Positions 1-9,232 of a DNA stretch of 64,000 nt are shown in pieces. Made by a program: the position numbers and the translations under genes. Under the pieces are notes generated by a model. That model did no database searches. It saw only the letters and a list, made by a program, of their open reading frames with translations, and was not told where the DNA came from. Source of the DNA: a virus (taxonomy: Duplodnaviria > Caudoviricetes); IMG/VR virus record IMGVR_UViG_3300044838_000031, positions 197-64,196 of that record, one strand, 5' to 3'. The stretch's first letter is position 1. Each line of letters opens with the position of its first letter.

Positions 1-20
1 CGGGTATACCAGCGCCTGTT

Positions 21-446
21 TCAACAATGCATGAGCATTAGTTGGTCACCGCATCCGGTCCAACTCTTCTCAAGGTTGCATCGCAGATGTGCGGCTTGGA
101 CATTGACGTACACATGCGGCCCTCCCAAGGACATCGGGAGGATATGGTCGAGGCTCACGCGCATAGGATTAGATTGCGTAGCACGCCTATTGATTGGCTT
201 GCGACAGATGCCGCACCGCCAACCATCTCTCTCGTACACCTTGGCCCGATCAATGTCTTCGTAGGACACACCCCAGTAGCGGGCTCTGGCTTTGTCATCG
301 CCCCCGAAGCTAGAGCGGTCATATAGTCGGCGCGCTCTTGACACTCCATATCGTGATCCGTGTGCGGCAACGGTCACATAATGCATGCGCCATGCGTTCC
401 ATTGATCTCTACCTTGTGGGCGTTCGAGGCGGCGTGCAGCAGTCAT
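21..446 (-). CDS. HNH endonuclease
   Basis: RDGWRCGIC...SLDHILPMSLGGPH...NVQAAHLRCN HNH motif; hairpin and RBS-like sequence upstream. Confidence 0.85.
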   Translation of the reverse strand: MTAARRLERPQGRDQWNAWRMHYVTVAAHGSRYGVSRARRLYDRSSFGGDDKARARYWGVSYEDIDRAKVYERDGWRCGICRKPINRRATQSNPMRVSLDHILPMSLGGPHVYVNVQAAHLRCNLEKSWTGCGDQLMLMHC

Positions 447-534
447 TGTTTTGTCCCTCCAACCTAGGGCGGGCGTGCCCCAGAGGTTGGCTGGGGCAGC
501 CCTACCGCAGAGATCAGGCTGCGGTTGTTTTATC

Positions 535-933
535 TTATGTGGTGAAGAAGGTGGTGGCTGCGCGGGAGGGGCGGCGGTGGCTGGCGATGCGTCGGCGTGC
601 GTAGCCGGGTGTGTGTTTGCGTAGGTGGGGTGGTATGTGGCCGGCTGCTATGAGGGCGCGTACTTCGGGCATGGGTAGGTCTCGGCGCCAGTCGTTGCAT
701 GGTTTGCATGCGCCGGCCAGGTTTGAGGGTGCCATGAACAGGTCGGGGCGGTGGGCTGCGGGGATGATGTGGTCGGCGGTGGTGGAGCGGACGGTGCAGA
801 CGCCTGGGACGCGTAGGTGGCAGATGGGGTTGGCAAGCACGGTGACGCGGGAGAGCGCACGCCATGCGCGGCTGGATCGCCAGGCCCGTATATCGGCTGC
901 TGTGGAGTTGATGGTGAGCGGTGCCAGGGTCAT
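535..933 (-). CDS. HNH endonuclease, probably terminase-associated packaging nuclease
   Basis: CHLRVPGVC...TADHIIP...NLAGACKPCN; lies near the genome end that would precede the terminase on circularisation; start trimmed to MTLAP. Confidence 0.75.
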   Translation of the reverse strand: MTLAPLTINSTAADIRAWRSSRAWRALSRVTVLANPICHLRVPGVCTVRSTTADHIIPAAHRPDLFMAPSNLAGACKPCNDWRRDLPMPEVRALIAAGHIPPHLRKHTPGYARRRIASHRRPSRAATTFFTT

Positions 934-1003
934 AGGACGTGTAGCAGCAGCCAGATGACCAGGAGCAGCATGAGGAGCCCTCCGACGCCGTACAGCATGG
1001 CTA

Positions 1004-1354
1004 CTACTGCTGCTGCTTGTCTTCGGCTTTGACGCGCGCGTCTTCGGCCTTGACGCGGTCGTCGTGTGCCTTGCGGACGTGTTTGTGTGCCGCGGTGAGC
1101 CCCTTCGCCAACGCATCCACAGCGTCGGGGTTGGCGAACTGCAGTTGGTCGGCAACGTGGTCGGTGAGGTCGTCTACGGGTACGCCTACCTCGAGAAGGC
1201 CCGCGACTTTGCCTACGAGCAAAGGCAGGCCGGCGAGGCTGACGTCTAGGTTGGCGTCTTGGCGGCGTTGGTGACGGTGGATGGCGGCTTGTTCGTCTAG
1301 GTGTTTGTGGGCGATGGCTTCGTCGTCTTTGGGGTCGTGTTCTTTGATGGTCAT
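1004..1354 (-). CDS. hypothetical coiled-coil protein
   Basis: Start MTIKEHD overlaps upstream stop (ATGA); GAGGAG RBS. Confidence 0.6.
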   Translation of the reverse strand: MTIKEHDPKDDEAIAHKHLDEQAAIHRHQRRQDANLDVSLAGLPLLVGKVAGLLEVGVPVDDLTDHVADQLQFANPDAVDALAKGLTAAHKHVRKAHDDRVKAEDARVKAEDKQQQ

Positions 1355-1617
1355 ATGGCTCCTCTGACGTCTTCGATGACGCGTTGGTGGTCGACGGTGA
1401 GGGTGTAGCCGCTGTCCCGGTTGGTGAGATCCAGGGTGATGTCTTGCCTGTTTTTGGCTGCGGTGGCGAAGGCGAGTAGGAGGGCGTTCATGCCTGGTTG
1501 GTTGCGGGCGGCGGGTGTGAGGAGTTTGGCCAGTTCGGTAGGTGGTGTAGGGCTCGACTGGCTGAGGTTGGTGTTGAGGATGGTGTCGCCGTCGATGGTG
1601 ATCCGCGCATACGACAT
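1351..1617 (-). CDS. hypothetical protein
   Basis: 88 aa ORF translationally coupled to the next gene. Confidence 0.6.
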   Translation of the reverse strand: MSYARITIDGDTILNTNLSQSSPTPPTELAKLLTPAARNQPGMNALLLAFATAAKNRQDITLDLTNRDSGYTLTVDHQRVIEDVRGAI

Positions 1618-1640
1618 CAGGGCGCGTCCCCGTGAATAGC

Positions 1641-1773
1641 GAACGCCGCCCTTCGCGATGTGTAACTGAGAGCCCGAAGCTCTGATCGCACACCAGGGCG
1701 GCGTTCTTTTGTGTGGGATGCGAGATGAAGGAACATCCTTCTGCTTCTCGGTGACCCGAATCCTGTCCCACGC
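1641..1773. other. two adjacent long stem-loops in an intergenic gap (candidate structured RNA or terminator)
   Basis: GAACGCCGCCCT/AGGGCGGCGTTC 12-bp stem followed by TTTT; second stem GTGTGGGA/TCCCACGC enclosing CGAGA-GAAGGA/TCCTTC-TCTCG. Confidence 0.45.
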
Positions 1774-1801
1774 AAGCCATTAAATGCTATCACCACAGGC
1801 A

Positions 1802-2230
1802 TTAGCTCGTCTCACATTCGGCTAGGTGTTTGTGTAGGCGGTCGCAGCGGATTTCGGCGGTGTCCGAACCTGGTTTGATGACCAGTTTGAGTAGTTGACG
1901 GTGTTTGCAGTGGACCGTGACGAGGTTGGGTTTGGCGTTGGCCGCCTTGGTGCGTAACTGCTCGAGATCCGATGTGCGCACCAGTTCCGCATCCAAACCC
2001 TTAAGCACCGTGTCGATCAATGCTTCGCCGAGCATGCGGGCGGTCTGCTGAATAGCGTCAACCACTTGCGGGTCAGGGTGGGCGGTGGTGTTGAAACCAG
2101 GCAGAAACAGGGGAACGTCGGGGCGATTGGGGTGACGGAGATTACCGGATGTGAGGGCTTCAGTGACCAGCTGCGCTGCGCTGGCGCGTAGGCCGTCAAC
2201 GTGAAGGTCGGCTATGGCAGTGTCAGGCAT
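1802..2230 (-). CDS. hypothetical protein
   Basis: 142 aa ORF with normal codon pattern. Confidence 0.65.
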   Translation of the reverse strand: MPDTAIADLHVDGLRASAAQLVTEALTSGNLRHPNRPDVPLFLPGFNTTAHPDPQVVDAIQQTARMLGEALIDTVLKGLDAELVRTSDLEQLRTKAANAKPNLVTVHCKHRQLLKLVIKPGSDTAEIRCDRLHKHLAECETS

Positions 2231-2278
2231 TGACGTGCTTCCACGTAGAACCCCTTATGACTTGACCGATCGGTAGTG

Positions 2279-2305
2279 GGTCAGTTTGAAAAGGTCAGTT
2301 TGAAA
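2279..2305. repeat. tandem 13-bp direct repeat GGTCAGTTTGAAA
   Basis: Two exact copies separated by 1 nt in an intergenic region. Confidence 0.6.
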
Positions 2306-2648
2306 TCGGTGACACAAACCTTCTTCTACGCTTGGAGCGCCAGTGACAAACGAAGGATGATTGCCTAGCATTTGCAGGTCCTCGGCCACTTGGGCCTTGA
2401 TGCCGATTAAAGCGTTCGTTCCGGACTCTCCACCGCGTGGACGTCGGCTAATTCGTCGCGGACGATGGCGCGTACCTCGTTAGTGGACAAGAAGCGACGT
2501 ACATCGTCTGGATGCAACGATGTCCCGGGTGGCGGGATAGGGATGTTTACCTTCGGCTGCGGGCTGCTCATGCTCTTTCGTCTCTTTCTTTAGTCGAGTA
2601 GCGCGGCGATATCGCGGACTGTCCAGACGCGGTTTTCGATCCCAGCGG

Positions 2649-3017
2649 TCATGCATAGTCAACACCCCGCGGCGAGGGGGTTTTGCTAGCCGGGTTGGTC
2701 GGATCAACTCCTACGGCCGTTAACGATTCAGACTCGGTCATTACACCTGTCCAGTGCATGACTGGCGCCGTGGGGAGGCCGACGCTCTCTGGGTAGCGTG
2801 GGCGTCGACGTTCAACCTCGGCCTCGACCACATCTCTAATCCACGAACTGACCGTCTTACGATCCGTGTCCGCGAGTTGCTTCACATCGCCAATAACCTC
2901 TGGGCTAAAACGGATCGGAACGTGCGTCGTCAGCGCCTTCGACACGCGGCGGCGTCCGGGTCCAGCGGGGACACGGTGTTCCGGGTCGGCGTAGTACTCA
3001 TAGTCAGTGGTGGTCAT
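2649..3017 (-). CDS. ribbon-helix-helix (CopG/antitoxin-like) DNA-binding protein
   Basis: HVPIRFSPEVIGDVKQLADTDRKTVSSWIRDVVEAEV is a typical RHH pattern. Confidence 0.7.
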   Translation of the reverse strand: MTTTDYEYYADPEHRVPAGPGRRRVSKALTTHVPIRFSPEVIGDVKQLADTDRKTVSSWIRDVVEAEVERRRPRYPESVGLPTAPVMHWTGVMTESESLTAVGVDPTNPASKTPSPRGVDYA

Positions 3018-3259
3018 CGCGGGACGCCTTCGGGATGGCGCCGATTAAGGATGTGGACTAGCCGGTTGTGGATGCGTGCAGCGATCGAGCGTTGCGGTGT
3101 GTAGTTCTCGCCGCGGTAGCAGATGACGAACGGGTATTCATCAGTTTCATCAAGGCGAACTCCGAAGCATTCGTCGCCAATCACGACGTAGTCGCAAAGG
3201 GGTGTTTTACTGTCGAAGTGATCAATGGCCCACAGGATGGCGCGGGTGTTGGCGTTCAT
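3014..3259 (-). CDS. hypothetical protein coupled to the RHH gene
   Basis: 81 aa ORF, ATGA overlap with the RHH gene. Confidence 0.5.
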   Translation of the reverse strand: MNANTRAILWAIDHFDSKTPLCDYVVIGDECFGVRLDETDEYPFVICYRGENYTPQRSIAARIHNRLVHILNRRHPEGVPR

Positions 3260-3454
3260 TCAGTAATACCATCGCCTGCCGCCGATGGGGCGTGTACCAC
3301 CGGCTACGAGGCCCCAAATCAGCAGGAATAGGCCGATGCAGATCAGTATCCAGCCGCCGACGCTCAAGACCTCGGGGACGCCTGACGGCACGCTGGGAAG
3401 CAGTTTGGGAAGTGCCCATGCGATGAATACGAGCAGTATTCCGGCAGCGATCAC
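3260..3454 (-). CDS. small two-helix membrane protein
   Basis: Two hydrophobic segments, basic C-terminus RRWYY; GTG start overlaps upstream stop. Confidence 0.6.
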   Translation of the reverse strand: MIAAGILLVFIAWALPKLLPSVPSGVPEVLSVGGWILICIGLFLLIWGLVAGGTRPIGGRRWYY

Positions 3455-3648
3455 GGGGCCTCCTGGCGTGGTAGTCGGTCGACGAGCCTGTTCAGCTGGC
3501 GCTCCATAACGCAAGCGAAGCAGCCGTCGCACGTCGACATTTCGTGGTTGGGGTTAGCGTCTGCCCGGGCATGACGCAGCCGGGTGAGTGTGTTGACGAG
3601 GTCGGCGACGAGCTGGGCCGGAATGTTTGGGTGGGTTGCGGTGGGCAT
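3451..3648 (-). CDS. hypothetical protein
   Basis: 65 aa ORF with CxxC-type motif. Confidence 0.5.
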   Translation of the reverse strand: MPTATHPNIPAQLVADLVNTLTRLRHARADANPNHEMSTCDGCFACVMERQLNRLVDRLPRQEAP

Positions 3649-3681
3649 TAGTGGGCCTCAGATCCGCTCGCAGAGATTGGA

Positions 3682-4164
3682 CTAGCTGGCAGCTTTCATG
3701 CGGTACATCGCCAACACTTCATCCGAGTAGGTGTCTGATTGCAGGTGGTTGATGTGCTGTTGCAGCCGATCGGATACCCGGAAGTCCTCGCGGCGTCCTA
3801 GTCGTTCGGCTGCGAATTCATGATGTCGCTGTGCCTCTAGCGTGTGGCTGCCTTGTTCTATGGCTAGCACGTATTGCAGGTCGGTGCGCAGGCCCTTCAG
3901 TCGTAACGGAAGGTTGGTTGTTGTCCCGATCTTCACCACTGTTGGTGAGAGTGCCACGTAGTAAACCAGTGGTGTTTTCGGCGCAGATAGGGGCAGATCC
4001 GTGGGTGTGGCCAGGATGATGTCCATCTCGCGACTCACCGACAGACCGTGAACGAAGCAGATGGCCCAGCCTGGGTGTGCTGGGTTTCGGCATTCGGGCC
4101 ATACACAATCCGGTTCGGCGCCGTAGTCGATTTCGGATGATGGCATAGGAGTACTAGCCGCCAC
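3682..4164 (-). CDS. GIY-YIG / T5orf172-like nuclease domain protein
   Basis: LVYYV...VKIGTTTNLPLRL...LEAQRHHEFAAERL..REDF. Confidence 0.75.
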   Translation of the reverse strand: MAASTPMPSSEIDYGAEPDCVWPECRNPAHPGWAICFVHGLSVSREMDIILATPTDLPLSAPKTPLVYYVALSPTVVKIGTTTNLPLRLKGLRTDLQYVLAIEQGSHTLEAQRHHEFAAERLGRREDFRVSDRLQQHINHLQSDTYSDEVLAMYRMKAAS

Positions 4165-4175
4165 TGTATGTCATG

Positions 4176-4550
4176 TTACGTCGAACTGCCATGATTACGC
4201 TTGGCGTGTCGATGCTTTTGATGCTCGATGACGTCGCCCCAACGGTAGAGGTTTCGGCCACCATCGCTGCGTCCGCGGCGATGTAACGGCCAACGACTGA
4301 CCCAGTTACGCACCGCGTCCTCGCTGACATCGGCCATCTCAGCCAAGTCCTGGGTGGTCATCAACGTTTCGGGATCGACCGCGAACCCGTCGATGATCCA
4401 CTGTTGCCCGTAGGCGAGCATGACCTGGTCGAGTTCGGCGCATGCGGCCGCGTCGGTGTCAAGAAGTCTGTCCCGGTACATCAATGCTATACGCGACCGC
4501 CGCTCGAATCTGTTGTCGGGCCAGGGCCATTTCATCGGCTCAGTCGACAC
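4176..4550 (-). CDS. helix-turn-helix DNA-binding protein
   Basis: LMTTQDLAEMADVSEDAVRNWVSR...RNLYRWGDV, MerR/Xis-like HTH. Confidence 0.7.
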   Translation of the reverse strand: MSTEPMKWPWPDNRFERRSRIALMYRDRLLDTDAAACAELDQVMLAYGQQWIIDGFAVDPETLMTTQDLAEMADVSEDAVRNWVSRWPLHRRGRSDGGRNLYRWGDVIEHQKHRHAKRNHGSST

Positions 4551-5343
4551 TCAAGACTCCCCTTCTGTGCAGTTCGAGAAGTATGCGGTCCTGGCGGCGT
4601 ATGTCATTTTCGGGGAATCGTGAGCCGCAGGCGGTGCAGTCGAAATGCTCCGATCCGGCCCAGCGTCCGACGGTCTTCGCGTGGCAGCGGCTGCAGGGAA
4701 TGTCGCGTTGGTAGCGGGCTCGGGTCTGGCCTAGCGTGAAGTGGGCGATCCCTGAGAGATGGTCTAGTTCGGCGATCAGTTGTAGCCCGGTGGTGCATTT
4801 GACGCCGTGCAACGAGCCTGCTGTGTTCCAGAACATCACATCGATAGCAGGGTCTTGCGGTTCGCGGCCGCCGACACCGCTGATGCACATGAGGGCTTCC
4901 AGGTGGGGAGCCACGATCCACGCGCAGGTCTGTATTTGTGTTGCTGCGGGCGCGGCGTGGCGGGTTGGTCGCCATGCGAGGATTTGGGCGGTTCGATCAG
5001 GGTGGTCGGGGTTTTCCATGGCGAGACGGTCGGCGATAACTTCGGCGGCAATTGTGAGGGTGTCGGTGATTCTGCCTAGGAGTGCTTCGACGCTGACGTT
5101 CAGCAGTACGGATCCTGATGGTTTCTGCCGGATTCCTACATCGATGCCGGCAGCGTTTTTCTCCCCGATAATTGCCTGAAGATATCCCCATTGTTCTGGG
5201 AATTTCTCGATGTTTTTTCTTGATCGGCGTAGGCATCGCAGGCACAGTGTGTTGTTTGTCTTGACTTCGTCGCCGTGGTTGTCGAATCCGTTTGTGCATC
5301 GGCGATCGTTCACACAAAATCGGGCGGCAGCGGTGTCGGTCAT
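4540..5343 (-). CDS. zinc-ribbon protein, possible transcriptional regulator
   Basis: N-terminal Cys cluster and C-terminal CSRC...CTAC; usual partner of the adjacent HTH gene in actinophages. Confidence 0.6.
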   Translation of the reverse strand: MTDTAAARFCVNDRRCTNGFDNHGDEVKTNNTLCLRCLRRSRKNIEKFPEQWGYLQAIIGEKNAAGIDVGIRQKPSGSVLLNVSVEALLGRITDTLTIAAEVIADRLAMENPDHPDRTAQILAWRPTRHAAPAATQIQTCAWIVAPHLEALMCISGVGGREPQDPAIDVMFWNTAGSLHGVKCTTGLQLIAELDHLSGIAHFTLGQTRARYQRDIPCSRCHAKTVGRWAGSEHFDCTACGSRFPENDIRRQDRILLELHRRGVLSVD

Positions 5344-5443
5344 GCGTGGTCTGCTTGGTCGATGGCGTGCGCCGCCAACACCAGGATGGCGAATGCGGCC
5401 ACAAATCCGGTGGCGAAACCGGCTACGAACCCGGCAGGGAATC

Positions 5444-5602
5444 TCATTGTGCAGCCTCGAAGTTGCGGCGCCGTTTCAGGTCGTGGGCTGCGTCGATGCG
5501 TGAGATGTTGGTGCCGGTGATGCGCCCGGTTTTCAGGGTGCGACACTTGCTACCTTTGGGTTGTCCGCAGATTGGGCAATCTATTAGCTGCCAGCTCAAC
5601 AT
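5444..5602 (-). CDS. small zinc-finger protein
   Basis: IDCPICGQPKGSKCRT motif; GGAGGA RBS. Confidence 0.55.
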   Translation of the reverse strand: MLSWQLIDCPICGQPKGSKCRTLKTGRITGTNISRIDAAHDLKRRRNFEAAQ

Positions 5603-5796
5603 CAGTATTCCTCCAGGTTGTCGAGTCCGTGGGATTCGAAGTACAACTTTTCGTACTTGTCGATAAGCCCCCGTAAGTAGCGGATGTCGGCGGCGTAGCA
5701 CTGTTGAGCGAGCGAGCCGGGCTCTTCTGCTGCGTAAAGCGTTTGCATTTTGGCCAGTAGGTCTCGATCTGCGAGAATTCCGCGCTCTGGGTTCAC
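5602..5796 (-). CDS. hypothetical protein
   Basis: 64 aa ORF with GAGGAG RBS. Confidence 0.5.
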   Translation of the reverse strand: MNPERGILADRDLLAKMQTLYAAEEPGSLAQQCYAADIRYLRGLIDKYEKLYFESHGLDNLEEY

Positions 5797-6027
5797 GACT
5801 CCTCGATTCTGTCGAGCATGGCGTCAATCCACGCGATAGCGGCATCCCAGTCGAATTCGACATCGTCGGTCATGTGACGGTCCTCGCGAAGTGAACTAGG
5901 CGTCCTTTGAGGAGGGGCACACCGTAGATGTCGGTGCAGTCCTGGTTGGGTGTGGCGTGGCAGACGATGCAGCGCCGTGTGAGGGCGTCGTGGACGGGTG
6001 GGCTGTCACGGTCGGTGAACGGGGTTG

Positions 6028-6414
6028 TCATGCGACCACATCCATCCGGTGGCCGTGGCGCTGGCCGGTGATCAGGGCTAGCAAATCGTCGACGGTGCAG
6101 TGGACCCAGAATTTGCCGGGGTTGGTGGTGCCGCGGCGCTTGGCGATCACTATTCCGGTGAGTGCGTCGTCGTTTCCGGCTTCGGTGTGGGCTTCGCCTG
6201 TCCAGCCGGGTAGGTCGAGGCGGGCGCAGTCTTTGACTTCGATGACGATGCGTTGGCCGTGTGCGCGGAGGCCGCTGATGTCGCCGCGGTCTTTTGCGCC
6301 GCGTTTGACTCTGCGGTCGATGCGGTCGTCGTCGAGGGTGGTGGCGATGTAGTCGGCGACGGCGCGTTCGGTGTGTCCGCCGGCGTTACGGGCTGAGGTT
6401 CTGGATCTGGTCAT
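6028..6414 (-). CDS. Holliday junction resolvase (PD-(D/E)XK type)
   Basis: AGGHTERAVADY...DRGDISG...VIEVKD...EAGN...VIAKRRG, typical actinophage resolvase. Confidence 0.8.
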   Translation of the reverse strand: MTRSRTSARNAGGHTERAVADYIATTLDDDRIDRRVKRGAKDRGDISGLRAHGQRIVIEVKDCARLDLPGWTGEAHTEAGNDDALTGIVIAKRRGTTNPGKFWVHCTVDDLLALITGQRHGHRMDVVA

Positions 6415-6450
6415 GGGTGGTGTTTCCTTTGTTAGCCGTAACTGGCAGAT

Positions 6451-6650
6451 AGGTTGGACAGGTTGGACATGTTGGACGCCCCCCCGCGGGTTTGGTGCCT
6501 CGTCATGAAATAGGATTTATATAGGTTATCTATATTAGCTAGTAGAGTACTATTTAGAGTTTTCTTAGTAAGGTAACCCTTATCAGAATTTTTGGGGGAG
6601 GGGTTGGACATGTCCAACCTTTGTCCAACCTTTCTTATATTTGCTGGACA
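6451..6650. promoter_or_regulatory. putative replication origin: AT-rich core flanked by GGTTGGACA iterons
   Basis: GGTTGGACA at 6452, 6461 and 6602, partial at 6471; inverted TGTCCAACC at 6611 and 6622; AT-rich 6505-6592; directly after primase-polymerase. Confidence 0.7.
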
Positions 6651-6652
6651 GG

Positions 6653-8884
6653 TCATAACTTCACCCACCTGACACCGTCCGCGCTGCGTTTGATCAGCCC
6701 GTCATCGACAGCGACAACAAGTACCGATTGCAGAATTGAGCGGTCCCGGCTGGACATTGCCCGCGTGATTTCCTGCCGGGACATGCCGTCGTCGCAGGCT
6801 TTGTCGAGCTTGTCCAGCAGCCAGCGCAGCACCCGCTGACCGCGCTCGCTGCGGCGGTGATCCCGCTCGGCATCCGATGTTTCGATCTCGATTCCGCGGA
6901 CCACACCGCGGGCTTCGGCTTCGCGGGCGGAGGCGTCTTTGATGGCGTCGAGGACTAGTTCGCGGGTGTAGGTGGAAATGTCGGAGGCGATGCCTGAGAG
7001 TTCCCAGTCTTCGGATGTCATGTCGGTGCGGCCGTCGAGCACGGTGAGGGCGTAGGCTATTTTTTCCCGCACGAACAGTGCGTGGCCGTCGAGGGCGTCG
7101 GATTGTCCGCGCATCGCTTTGACCCGTTCGGTGAGGATCAGTTCGCGCGCCTCGTCGGGGATGGTCAGTTCGATGGGGTAGAGCCACGCAGAGGGGGGTG
7201 GGAGGGTGAGTGCGCCGGATTCCCAGGGTGGTGATGCGGTGATGCGTGGGTCGGTTCCGGGGAACCACATGAAGCGTTGCGGGGTTCCACCCCCGGTGTC
7301 ATTGAGCAACGCGGTGGCTCGTTCTGGTTGGACGCTGACTACCAGTGTGAGCCGGTAGGTGTGTGCGTCGATGTTGCGGCGTTTGTCTTTGTCGGCGTAG
7401 GAGAATCCGAGTTGTTCGGCGGAGAAGGCGCTGCGCATGATGGACATCAGGGTGGCGCCGGTGCGGCTGCCGAGAGCGGTGAGTGTGTCGATTTCGTCGG
7501 CGCTGAACAGGATGGCTTCGCGGCGCGAATCGGGGTCTTTCATATCGCCGGCGAACGCCGCAACGAGACCTTCTCCGGAGCCGAGGTTGTGCTGCTGAAC
7601 GTGTCCTGGGACCAGTAGTCGGGCGGCCGCGGCGGCGGATCCTTTTCCGCCTCCGGAGACGGCGGTGATGGCGGCGAACCAGTTGAGGCTGCCGGGGCCG
7701 CCGATGAGTGGCGGGAGTGTGATGCAGGGCCGTACCTGTGTGAGTGCGCGGGCGGCGCAGTGCGCCAGGACTGCCCACGGGCTGCACATGCGTGCCATGG
7801 CGGTGGTGTACACCATTTGTAGGGATTCTCGGGCGTCCCAGAATCCGCGCTCAATGTCAACGATGTGGTTGTGCGGCTCATGTTCTGGATCTTGAGGTGG
7901 TTCTGTTTTGGCTGCGGTGGTGTCGATGGTGATGTTGCGCATCCAGTCGGTCAGCGATGGCTGGGCGAGTTCGCGGGCGGCGCCGTCGCCGGTGACCATC
8001 GCCCGGAATTCGTGGATGGCTTCGTCTTTGCCACCGGCCCGGTCGGGTGCTACGAGGGCGATGAACATTTCTCCGAGCGCCAATAGGGCGCTGTTGACGC
8101 CGGATTCGCCGCTTGTTCCCAGCCGTAGCAGGGCTAATACGTGTCCGCGGGTGGTGTCGTGGCGGGAATGCCCGGGCAGGTTGAGTTCTTTGATTGCTTG
8201 CCGAAGTCTGTCGACGACGGGTGTGGAGGGTTCGCCTTCGGTGAGTGCGTCTTTGATGCGGTAGGTGTGCCCGTGGAGTGTTGCCACCGATTTTTGGGCG
8301 CCCAGGCTGGTGATCCAGGTGTCGGGTAGTGGCGGTAGGTTGTCGGATTCGGGGATGCCGACGAGCTGGTCGGTGTCGTTAAGCCATTGGTATCCGCGGC
8401 CTTCGGGGTGAATGGATGGCCATGCGAGGACGTAGCGGTGGTGATGTTGAACGATTTCGATGTCACCGATTCCGAGTTCGGCGAATTCAATGCCTTCGGC
8501 GAGCTGTGTGCCTGGGGGGATGCGGTAGAGCCGGATGCCGGATACGCCGTCGCGGCGGCTGGTGGATCGGCTGGCCGGGGGGAGTTCACCCCAGCGGTGT
8601 TCGGCTTCTTTGAGGGTGCGGGCACCGGTTTTGGCGCCGTAGGCGTCGACGTCGATACCGATGATGCCGTCCGGTAGGCGTAGGCACAGGTTCCCGTCAG
8701 GATAGAGTTCTGCCCAGGACATGACGTCGGGGTAGGACGGATCGTTGCCGGCGCGGCCTGTGAAGCCTGTGGGTGGCGATTTTTTGTGTCCGCGCCGGAT
8801 GGGTAGGATTCCGCGCCAGCCGTTGCGCCAGTAGGTGTCTGCGGCGGCGCCGTAGCCGAGGGTTTGTTGCTGTTCGGGCATCAC
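6653..8884 (-). CDS. bifunctional primase-polymerase fused to helicase-like domain
   Basis: N-terminal GIIGIDVD Prim-Pol motif; C-terminal SGGGKG Walker A-like and ADEID Walker B-like. Confidence 0.85.
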   Translation of the reverse strand: MMPEQQQTLGYGAAADTYWRNGWRGILPIRRGHKKSPPTGFTGRAGNDPSYPDVMSWAELYPDGNLCLRLPDGIIGIDVDAYGAKTGARTLKEAEHRWGELPPASRSTSRRDGVSGIRLYRIPPGTQLAEGIEFAELGIGDIEIVQHHHRYVLAWPSIHPEGRGYQWLNDTDQLVGIPESDNLPPLPDTWITSLGAQKSVATLHGHTYRIKDALTEGEPSTPVVDRLRQAIKELNLPGHSRHDTTRGHVLALLRLGTSGESGVNSALLALGEMFIALVAPDRAGGKDEAIHEFRAMVTGDGAARELAQPSLTDWMRNITIDTTAAKTEPPQDPEHEPHNHIVDIERGFWDARESLQMVYTTAMARMCSPWAVLAHCAARALTQVRPCITLPPLIGGPGSLNWFAAITAVSGGGKGSAAAAARLLVPGHVQQHNLGSGEGLVAAFAGDMKDPDSRREAILFSADEIDTLTALGSRTGATLMSIMRSAFSAEQLGFSYADKDKRRNIDAHTYRLTLVVSVQPERATALLNDTGGGTPQRFMWFPGTDPRITASPPWESGALTLPPPSAWLYPIELTIPDEARELILTERVKAMRGQSDALDGHALFVREKIAYALTVLDGRTDMTSEDWELSGIASDISTYTRELVLDAIKDASAREAEARGVVRGIEIETSDAERDHRRSERGQRVLRWLLDKLDKACDDGMSRQEITRAMSSRDRSILQSVLVVAVDDGLIKRSADGVRWVKL

Positions 8885-9189
8885 GCTGTCACCGCTTTAC
8901 CCTTGTCGGCGATGACTTCGCGTCGCATTGTGTCGGCGCTGGCGATAGCTTTCAGGAGCATCGCCACCCGGTCAGCGTCGTCAGGTTTGGCTGATAGCCA
9001 GTGGATCATCTGGTCTTGTATGTGCGCCAGGTTCCCGATGAGCCTGTCGATCAGTGCCTTGATCGCTTTTTGCTTAGGTGCCGGGTAGGCGATCCACAGT
9101 TCACCGTTGTGGGTGAAGCGGGCGCTATGGCCGAGGGGCAGCCCAACCGAAAACGTAACCTGCACACGCTTCGTTACGTCCTCGGTCAT
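8881..9189 (-). CDS. hypothetical protein
   Basis: ORF from MTEDVTK, coupled to primase. Confidence 0.5.
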   Translation of the reverse strand: MTEDVTKRVQVTFSVGLPLGHSARFTHNGELWIAYPAPKQKAIKALIDRLIGNLAHIQDQMIHWLSAKPDDADRVAMLLKAIASADTMRREVIADKGKAVTA

Positions 9190-9232
9190 GGGTTGGGCTG
9201 CCCTCTCAGAATCGTTGTCGGTGGCGGATGGC

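Noticed and set aside
6432-6668. 78-aa ORF across the AT-rich element
   Set aside because: Translates the iterons (SNLSNLS) with atypical composition; better explained as non-coding origin DNA.
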